Assembly: GCA_027604505.1 (NCBI GenBank)
Contig: JADIIX010000197.1
Span: forward strand, 1 to 32,084
Direction: 5' to 3'
DNA: 32,084 bases
From: Gonapodya sp. JEL0774
Taxonomy: Eukaryota
The position numbers and the translations under genes are program-made. Positions 22,601-32,084 of the stretch are shown here, piece after piece; position 1 is the stretch's first letter; each line of letters opens with the position of its first letter. The notes under the pieces are model-generated. The model was given only the letters and a program-made list of their open reading frames with translations, was not told the origin of the DNA and ran no database searches.

Positions 22601-25600
22601 ATTGCTACTGTTGGCCAGATTCCAGGAAATGACAAGAACTTGTTTGACTATCACTTTGATATCAATGAACTTGCTTGGAATCATTGGTCATCCTATGTTC
22701 CAGTATATGTACATCAACCTGAAACACCATTCCATGAAATTCTAGTACCAACCATGGATACAATGAGGCACACCTGGCTCTTGGAGAAACTTACTGCATT
22801 CAGAAGACCAATTCTTTTTGTTGGGGATGTTGGTACCTCAAAGTCAGTTACAGTACAGAATTACCTCCGCCACTTACCACCCGATCAGAATCTTCTCCTG
22901 CCAATTAACTTCTCCAGCCGAACAAGCTCCCTTGACATACAGCGCAATTTGGAGGTGCATGTGGAGAAAAGGACCAAGGACACATATGGTCCCGCAGCTG
23001 GGAAACGCTTGATTGTGTTTGTGGATGACCTCAACATGCCAACAAAGGACAAGTACGGGACAATGCAACCAATTGCACTACTAAAGCTTCTGATAGAACG
23101 TGGAGGACTTTATGATCGGGGCAAAGAACTGAACTGGAAGTACCTCAAGGATTTGCAGTTCATGGGTGCAATGGGAACACCTGGAGGTGGTCGAAATGAT
23201 GTGGATCCCAGATTTGCATCTCTCTTTGCAGTGTTCAATATTGTCTTCCCAAAAGAGGCATCACTTCAAAAAATTTACGCTTCCATTGTGGATGGAAGGC
23301 TGGCCAGCTTTCCTCAAGAAGTCAAGGATGCTGCCAATAAACTAACTTCAATGACCTTAAAGTTGTATGCTGAAATTGTGAGTCACCTACTACCAACACC
23401 ATCCAAGTTTCATTATATATTTAACCTGAGAGACATCAGCAAGATCTATGAGGGATTGTGTCTTGCAACAATTGACAATTTCAGCTCGTCCAAACAATAT
23501 GTCCGATTGTGGAGAAATGAATGCTTGAGGGTGTTTTTTGATAGGTTAACCAATGACACAGACAGAGACTATGTCAGCCGGCTTGTTAACAAACTGGTAC
23601 TAGACAATTTTGAGGCCAGTGAAGAGTACATCACAAAGTCTCCTTCTCTCTTTGGAGACTTCCGAAATGCTCTTCATGAAGAGAATGCCAGACTGTATGA
23701 GGACCTTTTGGATTTTCAGGCTGTGCGATCAATTGTCCGGGAGATTCTGGAGGAGTACAATATGAAGCAAACCCCAATGAACTTAGTTCTCTTTGATGAT
23801 GCCCTTGAGCACCTCACAAGACTTCACAGAATTATCAGGCTAAAACGTGGACATGCTCTGGTTGTTGGTGTTGGAGGGAGTGGGAAACAATCTCTGACCA
23901 AGCTCGCAGCATTTGCTGCAGGTTATTCTGTCTTTGAAATTACTTTGACAAGAGGCTATGGCGAAATGGAATTTCGTGAAAATTTGAAGGCCTTATATAA
24001 CCAGCTTGGACAGGGCATGAAAACAGTGTTTCTGTTTACAGATGCTCATGTTGTCCAAGAAGGATTCCTGGAGCTGATTAACAACATGCTCACCTCTGGG
24101 ATGGTACCAACACTGTATGAGGATGATGAGAAGGAGGCAGTTTTTGCTACACTTCAAGAAGAAGTTACTAAGGCAGGTATTGTTCAAAGCAAAGAGAACA
24201 TGTGGCACTACTTTGTCAATAAATGTGCAGACAATCTTCATATTGTCTTAGCCATGTCTCCACAGGTTTGAATCTTGTTGTCATTGTAAAGAGTGAGTGC
24301 TCCCACTAACAACAGATGAATTTTTTACGGGCACTGCTCTACACAGGGAGATAGACTGCGAGAAAGATGCCGAAGCTTTCCTGGGATGGTAAACAACACC
24401 ATGATTGACTGGTTCCCCCCCTGGCCTGAGCAGGCACTGCTTTCAGTAGCTGATGCCTTTCTTCCTGAAGATGCCATTCCTTCTGAGATGAGGCAAAGTG
24501 TTGTAGAACATATGGTAAAGGTGCATCTTTCAGTAGGAGATTCATCTCAACAATACTTGCAGCGGTACCGAAGGTACAACTTTGTCACTCCAAAAAACTA
24601 TCTGGACTATATCAGCACATATAATTCAATACTGAAGACTCAACGTGATTTGAATGGAAAGTTGTGCACCAGACTGGATTCTGGACTTAGCAAGCTGGAA
24701 GAAGCATCAAGTCAGCTAGATGTCTTGAACAAGCAACTTGCAGAGCAAAATATAGCTGTTAAAGACAAGACAGAAGCATGCAACAAGCTTCTAGAGGTCA
24801 TTACCAAAAACACTACAGAGGCTGAAGAAAAAAAAGAAATGGCAGAGAAAAAGGGCACAGAATTGGAAGCTCAGAATGTGCAAATTGCAAAGGACAAAGA
24901 GGAAGCTGAAAGTGCATTGGCAGAAGCACTTCCTGCACTGGAGGAAGCTCGATCAGCACTTGCCAACCTATCAGCATCAGAAATCACTGAGATTAGATCA
25001 TTTGCAAAACCTCCAAAAGAGGTTCAGAAAGTTTTGGAGTGTGTTTGCGTTATCAAAGGCATCAAGGATACCTCATGGAAATCCGCTAAAGCAATGATGT
25101 CAGCAATTGACTTTAAGGCATCACTACAATCATTAGATGTAGATAACATTTCTGCAAATCAAATCAAAACAGTGAAGGGAGTACTTAAGGAGATGGATGT
25201 CACATTAGAAAGGATGATGGAGATATCTTTCGCAGGTGCAGGATTACTCAAATTTGTGTTGGCAGTTGTGGGATACTGTAATGTTGCTAAAACAATCCAG
25301 CCAAAGCGACAAGCAGTTGCAGAGCTGGAGAGAAAATATCAAGAGAGCAAAAGAGAATTTGATAAAATTACAAGGGAGTTGTCACATCTAAGTGAGCAGC
25401 TGTCAAATCTTCAGCAACAATTCCACCAAGCAAAGTCAGAGCAACAAGAACTGAAGAGTATGGCTGAAGTAATGGAGCGACGCTTGGTGGCTGCAGATAA
25501 ACTTATATCAGGTCTTGGATCTGAACGTGGACGTTGGTCACAGGACCTGAAGGGGCTCATGGAGCAGCGAACAAGATTGTTAGGGGACTGTTTACTAGTT

Positions 25601-28600
25601 GCAGGGTTCATGTCCTACACAGGATCTTTTAATTGGGAGTTCAGAAATGAAATGATTTACCAGAAGTGGTTAGTTGATCTGAAGAGTAAGGTTGAGATAA
25701 GTGAAAACTTTAAGGTGGAAAAAATTGTTGCCACTGATGTGGAGATGAGTAGATGGGCATCAGATGGCCTGCCTTCTGATGAACTGTCCATCCAAAATGG
25801 CATTCTGACTACAAAAGCAAACAGATTTCCACTTTGCATTGACCCTCAGCAGCAAGCAGTGAACTGGATAAAGAAGAGGGAAGCAAATGAAAACTTAAAA
25901 GTCTCTACTTTCAATGACCCAGATTTCCTCAAGCAGCTGGAAATGGCTATAACATATGGATTTCCATTCTTACTGGAAGATGTGGATGAGTACATTGATC
26001 CTGTGATTGACAACGTGCTGGAAAAAAACATCAAAGTTGCAGGAAGTCGCAAGTTTATTGTGTTGGGTGATAAGGAAGTTGATTATGACCCAAACTTCCG
26101 GTTGTATCTCACCTCAAAATTATCAAACCCCATATACACCCCCAAAGTGTTTGGAAGTGCCATGGTCATCAACTACAGTGTGACATTTAAAGGCCTGAGT
26201 GACCAACTTCTTAATGTGACAGTTAGACATGAGCGTAAGGAGCTGGAGGAGCAAAGAGAGAGACTAGTTGTTGAAATGAGTGAGAACAAGAAGCTCCTTA
26301 AGGACCTTGAAGACACATTACTCCGGGAGCTAGCTTCCTCCACTGGAATGATGCTGGACAATGCAGATCTCATCCGCACACTTGAGGAAACTAAGCTTAA
26401 GGCAACAGAAATCTCTCAAAAGCTTACGCTGGCAAATCAGACTGCGGCGGAAGTAGAAGTATCCAGGGATGGATACAGGCCTGCTGCTAAAGTTGGAGCA
26501 GTTCTATTTTTTGTGATTGCAGAACTGTCTACTATTAATCCAATGTATGAGTACTCATTGAAAGCATTTTTGGAGGTGTTCAACCAGTCTTTGTACAAAA
26601 GCAAGGTTGATCCTCTTCTTTCTAGGAGGCTCTCTAACATTGTTGAGACACTAAAGTATGCCATTTACAACTATGCATGCACAGGGCTCTTTGAGCGCCA
26701 TAAGCTGATGTTCTCACTCCAAATGACCATCAAGCTTTTGGAGGCAGATGGGAATGTTGATCCTGCAGAGCTGAGTTTCTTCTTAAAAGGAGATGTGTCC
26801 CTAGAACAGCCAGCAAAGCAGAAGCCCTACAGTTGGATTAGTGATCAGGGATGGAAAGATCTGCTCATGCTTGCTAATCTGAACTCCATTTTTTTCTCTT
26901 TGGTTGACCATGTCCTTGCTCATGGACAGGAGTGGGCCATTTGGGCCAACAGTGGGATGCCAGAATCAGTTTCATCTCCAGGAAAATTCACAGAACAACT
27001 TACCCACTTTCAACAACTTTGCTTGCTTAGATGTTTCAGAAATGACCGAGTTTATAATGCTGTCACTTCCTTTGTCATCAAGCAAATGGGAGAGAAATAT
27101 GTGACCCCTCCAGTTATTAACTACCAAAACATATTTGATCAATCCACACCATTTTCTCCAGTAGTGTTTGTTTTGAGTCCAGGAGCAGATCCACAGGGAG
27201 AACTTCAGAAACTTGCTGAGACACTTGGCTTTGGAGGAAATCGCCTGAAGTTTCTCTCATTGGGTCAAGGTCAAGCACCTATTGCTCTACAGCTTTTAGA
27301 GACAGCTGTTGCAAGAGGACAATGGCTGATGCTTCAAAACTGTCATCTGTTGGTTGGATGGCTCAAAACATTGGAGAAAGTTCTGGAAAAAATTGAAAAG
27401 CCCCACCCTGACTTCCGACTTTGGTTGACTACTGAACCAACACCTCAGTTTCCCATTGGTATTCTTCAAAAATCCTTGAAAGTTGTCACAGAGCCACCCA
27501 ACAGCTTAAAGCTGAACATCAGAGCTACTTTTGTTCGCCTGACAGATGAGATCTTATCAGATTGTCTGCATCCATACTTTAAGCCCCTTGTATATGTTCT
27601 GGCGTTTTTCCATGCAGTTGTTCAAGAAAGGGGCAAGTATGGCAAAGTAGGATGGAATGTCAAGTATAATTTCAACGAATCAGACTTTCGAGTGTCCACC
27701 ACAATCCTACGCACATACTTGGATAAAGCATGTAACATTGACAAAACAAAACTTCCATGGACCACATTGCGATATCTTATTGGGGAGACCATATATGGCG
27801 GAAGAGTAACAGATGACTATGACCGCAGAATAGTTAAAACCTACTTGGAGGAGTATATGGGTGATTTTCTTTTTGATACCTATCAGAAATTTCATTTCTT
27901 CAGAAATGAACAAGTTGAATATGCACTTCCCTTGAAGGGATCACGTGATGACTATGTCAATTTTATTGAACTCCTCCCTTTAAGCAACTCTCCAGATGTT
28001 TTTGGCCTGCACCCTGTTGCAGAGATTGGATACCTTACAAACGCAGTAAAAGAGATGTGGGCACAATTGTTGAGTCTGCAACCCCGCACAAGTGATGGCT
28101 CTGGTGGTACAAGCCGGGAGAGCTTCATTGCCAGTATTGCCTCCGACATTCAAGGGAAGCTGCCAGCAACATTTGATCTTGCCCGTATCCAGAAATCCAT
28201 AGGCACCCCAAGTCCAACCCAGGTTGTTTTACTCCAGGAGCTGGAAAGGTGGAACACCCTTGTAGATAAAATGGCAACATCATTACGCGACCTGAGGAGG
28301 GCATTGAAAGGAGAGATTGGTATGAGCCAGCAGCTAGATGAACTTGCAAATAATGTATACAATGGAGCATTGCCACAAATGTGGCGAGGACTTGCACCAC
28401 AAACAGAGAAGGGTCTTGGTAGCTGGATGCGGCACTTTGAGAGACGATATCAACAATATTCAACCTGGATCAAAAATGGAGAGCCTCTTGTGATGTGGCT
28501 CTCAGGTTTGCATGTCCCAGAATCCTACTTGACTGCTCTAGTACAGATGACATGCCGTAAGAATGGCTGGCCTTTGGACAGGTCTACTCTTTATACAGTT

Positions 28601-29021
28601 GTTACTGGCTTCCAGGATCCTAGTCAGGTGATTGAGCGTCCTAGCAGTGGTTGCTTTGTGACAGGTCTCTACCTAGAGGGTGCAGGATGGAGCAAAGACC
28701 ACAGTAGTGGTCACCTGATTCGTTCCCTCCCTGGTGGTCAGCTTTCCCAGGAGCTCCCAATCCTTCAGATAATTCCAATTGAGCTGAGCAGACTGAAACT
28801 TGTCAGCACTTTTCGCACCCCTGTTTATACAACACAACAAAGGAGGGATGCAGCTGGAGTTGGGTGGGTGTTTGATGCAGATCTGGCAAGTGAGGAGCAC
28901 CCAAGTCATTGGGTGTTGCAAGGTGTAGCTTTGGTCTTAAATACTGTAAGTGTAACGTTGTGGGTATCTGCACTCTTGAGTAACTTTTCATATTGATCAT
29001 TTCTTAAAACAGAATGAATGA
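13620..29021 (+). CDS. DNAH10: Axonemal inner-arm dynein heavy chain, DNAH10 / dynein f (I1) alpha type, complete, about 19 introns
   Basis: N-terminal [12 protein letters not shown] resembles the DNAH10 start. The tail has [18 protein letters not shown] and [20 protein letters not shown]-loops are [24 protein letters not shown] and GVGGSGKQ, followed by stalk/MTBD, AAA5-6 and C-terminal [17 protein letters not shown] final tiny exon (AAT GAA TGA, 29013-29021) closes the gene. Alternative in-frame ATG at 13575. Confidence 0.93.
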
Positions 29022-29176
29022 AGCTATTGGCCTTCTTGAGTGGGAATGGCAAGAGGACTTTTGAATTTGAAAGTGTATATAGTACTAGAAATCAGATTGA
29101 TATTTTCTTCATTTCATTTGAACAAAGCTCTGTAATGCAATTTGTGATTCTTCAATTATCCACTTACCGCATAAAG

Positions 29177-29317
29177 TGTTGGTGTATGGATGTGTATATT
29201 ATCTGTATGTTTAGTGGGCAAACTATATTAGCCAGTCATCATAGATGAACTACACTGACTGTAATTTACTGTGTTGCACATACAACAGAGAGCCACAATT
29301 CCAACTGGTTATGAGCC
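29177..29317 (+). mobile_element. Copia/Ty5-like 5' LTR (copy A, ~130 bp) plus primer-binding site; internal region not recognisable
   Basis: Starts TGTTGG at 29177, with GGTTATGAGCC at 29307-29317. Shares blocks (tgtgta, atagat, cac) with copies B and C. Confidence 0.7.
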
Positions 29318-29720
29318 TGGGGCAATTCTGATTGTCTCAAAGTGTAGAGGACTGCACCGGATGAATCGAAGGGGCAGGAGCATATGATGGTGTTTGAGGT
29401 GTAGAATATATTCACTGTCTATGCCGCTAAACCCTCACACATGGACCTGTTCCGTCACACTACCCCCATCAGCTATGCCCTACAACAGGCCATTCACTAA
29501 AAGTGTGTGAATGTCACTTGTCCATTGCCACTTCAAATAAAACAAGCTCTCCCAAGAAGGAAACGGATCTTGAATTCATTTGCCGCACCATCCTTTCATC
29601 CATGGGGCAACCTGGTACATTGTGCAGGGGAATCCCCAGGAGATAACACTTTGAATGGACACAGCAAGATGATTCTCACGAAACCATTCCCCACAAGATC
29701 ACTCATGTGGTGCATGCTTC

Positions 29721-30258
29721 ATACTCTTCTCCTTTTCACAGCAAAAGATCTGTCATTGTCATTTTTGCTTCTGTTCTTTTTAACTCATGCTTTTGCACCA
29801 TCACGTTTGCGTTTTTGCGTTGTTTGAAATGTTATCAATGGGACTTGCAAAAGAACGTTGTGTCTCTCTTTCAAGACGACGTTTCATTCCAGCCAGTCTG
29901 GAACAGCAGCTGATGGGCTGTCCATTTTTCCCAGTCAGATGTGCATTCTTGTAAGCAGTAATAAGATCTTGCCCATGAATATTTTCCTCAACAGTCCATT
30001 CAGGTACAGTGTAACCTCAAAATTTAACAAGGTATTCAACAAGTGGTCCATTTACTTGTTTATCATCACATTTTCCATTTTGTAAGCAGTATAACCAGCT
30101 TGATCTACACCAATTGGTGTCACTGTTTCATCATTTGGCATCTCTGAAAGCGGTTTTGCACGATCCACATCATCACACACACCAGGTACCAATGCTACAG
30201 CAGATGCATCATTGAGTATTCGTGGGTGGGCTGCAATTTTTGAGGACGCTGAACATGC
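29721..30258 (-). mobile_element. Decayed chromodomain-bearing retroelement 3' end (probable Ty3/gypsy chromovirus integrase tail plus PPT)
   Basis: The minus strand reads YKMENV/(frameshift)DDKQVNGPLVEYLVKF*GYTVPEWTVEENIHGQDLITAYKNAH (30084-29942), a chromodomain pattern. Purine tract GAAAAGGAGAAGAG (29737-29724) is followed after 2 nt by TG (29721), as expected at a PPT/3' LTR junction. Confidence 0.65.
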
Positions 30259-31403
30259 TGTTGGATATATATGGTGTTGTGTGTACTATATGTGTGTATG
30301 ACAGACTGCAGCATATAGATAAGGGCATCTGCGTGTAACATATAGAGTAACTGCACAGACAAGGACATCCACTATTTCTGACAGGTTATGAGCCCAGAGC
30401 ACTAAAGAGTGCTCCATCAAGGATTTCGGAGAATCGTGGAATTGTTCCTCCCCTTGTATCCCTCCTCTGTCACTACAACACCACTGAAAAAATACCTGCC
30501 ATCATGGCAAATCAATTCAAACCCAACAACGTATTGAAACGGGTCACTGATACGTTGACCAAAACAACAAAATTGTCCAAGTATCGAGATTGGGCGCACA
30601 AATTTGAAAACACTTTGGAATTGACAGGAAATGTGGAACACATCAAGGGAGTCTGCCAGGCGGACCATTCTATCATTGATATTACGTTCCCCCATCATCT
30701 CAATACATTGACAACCACAGGAGCACGTGCTGCCGCTGACTGCCATCCCAGTTCCCCCAACTGGCCCAACAGCTGCTGGAATCAAATCAACGAACAAACC
30801 AATTGCCTCCACCATTAAATTGAGAATCAATTTTCCAACTCGCCATTCGAATGGGAAAATTGATGGATGGATCTGCGATGGAATTATGGAAGGCGTTGGA
30901 AGGGAGATTTGTGGTGGTGAGTGTTGCAAAAGAATCCCAGGCCCTGAAGGAACGGCAAGCTGTCTGGCCTGACAGAATGCCTGTGGACAAATTTGCTACG
31001 GACTTTTGGGAGAAGTGAGAGGAATACGCAGCAATGGGTGGAATGATGAGTGAGAAAACAAAAGTGGTCCACTTCCTCAAGGACATCTACGACAAATAAC
31101 CAGCCATTTACAGCAAGTATGCCTGCAAGAAATTGACTGATAATGATACTATCATTGAGGCAATGAAAATGAACGAGACCCGCGATGAATCCCTCAAGCT
31201 CCAATCAAGCTTCGCTATGAATGTCATGAAAAAGAAGTACCGCAACCGCCTCTCCTTGTCTTCGAAGTCTGTTTTCACATGCTACAACCACAACGCAACA
31301 TGACACATGTTGCGCATATGCAGGAAGTCATGTTGAGAGTGTGGGAGTGGGGCACACTGGTCTGGAGAATGCCCAGTACATTTGGCAAAGAAACAGAAGA
31401 ACG
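30259..31403 (+). mobile_element. Copia/Ty5-like element copy B: 125-bp LTR (30259-30383, TG...CA), PBS 30384-30397, degenerate gag; interrupted by copy C
   Basis: TGTTGG...GACA is immediately followed by GGTTATGAGCCCAG, then a gag-like ATG at 30504. Confidence 0.85.
30504..31400 (+). pseudogene. Degenerate copia-type gag with two CCHC zinc knuckles
   Basis: MANQFKPNNVLK...KYRDWAHKFENTLEL..., then frameshifts, then LWKALEGRF...CYNHNAT*HMLRIC and C*ECGSGAHWSGECP (31331-31375, CX2CX4HX4C). In-frame stops at 31016, 31097, 31301 and 31334. Confidence 0.8.
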
Positions 31404-32084
31404 TGTTGGATGTATTTGATGTGTACTATATATTCGTATAATAGAACGCACACATAGATGAGTGTGCCGGTGTGTAGTATACCAAGTTGCCCACACAGGA
31501 ACATACCTGTATTCTGCCTGGTTATGAGCCCAGGGTACCAATAGATACTCCATTTAGAATACAGAAGCAGACAGTACAATTGCTTCGGTCGTTTTCCCTC
31601 TCCTACCGTCTCGCCACAACTTCACATCTACCCATATCACTTTTCCTCTGCCATGACAACCACCGAAGTCAAATTGAACCACCTTTTGAAGGTCCTGAAA
31701 GTCACCATGCAAATGAATGCTGGAATTGCGGACTATAAATGCTAGAAGGGTCAGGTGGAGCTGGTGCTATGTCTCTTCTAGTTAGAAACGCACATATTGG
31801 GCCACAAGCTGTCTTCGGGACAAGTTGTAGACATTGTGAAAGTGCAATCAGATGCTGGAGGGGCATCAGGCATTGGAGGATCGTCTGTTGCGCGAGTTGC
31901 TGTGGAGCCAGTGACATACAGTCCGGCTGATGCAAACACATCTGTCGCATTTTTTACACCGCCCACCCTGGAGAGTGCCCCCACCCTGTAATTTACTTCA
32001 CCCACCTATAAAATCGATGCAAGATGAACCTGTGAAATGATGTAAGATAACCATAATCTCTTGAATAATTGGGAGAAATGTGTA
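31404..32084 (+). mobile_element. Copia/Ty5-like element copy C: ~116-bp LTR (31404-31519), PBS 31520-31533, degenerate gag start at 31653; probably continues past the window
   Basis: TGTTGGATGTAT...GGTTATGAGCCCAG. ATG 31653 gives MTTTEVKLNHLLKVLKVTMQMNAGIADYKC*KGQVELVLCLF*LETHILG, colinear with the copy B gag N-terminus. Confidence 0.8.

Noticed and set aside
18591..28996. Three separate large genes (920, 973 and 1536 aa ORFs)
   Set aside because: They are consecutive exons of one dynein heavy chain, joined by short GT-AG introns.
29019..29024. TGAAGC at the dynein stop as the far end of the gypsy-like LTR
   Set aside because: Only a 6-bp inverted match to the putative LTR start, which is plausible by chance.
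1..32084. CRISPR array, rRNA, or prokaryotic operon/defence system
   Set aside because: No regularly spaced repeats or rRNA-like sequence were seen, and the genes are spliceosomal-intron eukaryotic genes.

Overview
Eukaryotic, intron-rich, gene-dense window, most consistent with a zoosporic (chytrid-like) fungus. That is an inference from an axonemal dynein occurring with fungal-type URC1 and mostly short GT-AG introns. Left to right, with splicing worked out by hand: the 3' end of TFIIE-beta (TFA2, +); then four minus-strand genes, namely topoisomerase III with three GRF zinc fingers and an RGG tail, AP-1 sigma, Rac1 (needing a 4-nt micro-exon) and an upp-type uracil phosphoribosyltransferase. 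The UPRT is head-to-head, across 165 bp, with a URC1/urg1-type GTP-cyclohydrolase-II-like gene (+). A complete inner-arm dynein heavy chain (DNAH10-like, +) follows. The window ends in a nest of decayed LTR retrotransposons: three copia/Ty5-like short LTRs with half-tRNAiMet primer sites, and a minus-strand chromodomain relic. The most notable observations are the URC1-UPRT divergent pair, a strong loss of CpG across the distal ~10 kb of the dynein gene next to the TE nest, the Rac micro-exon, and the TE nest itself. No database searches were run, and counts are manual.
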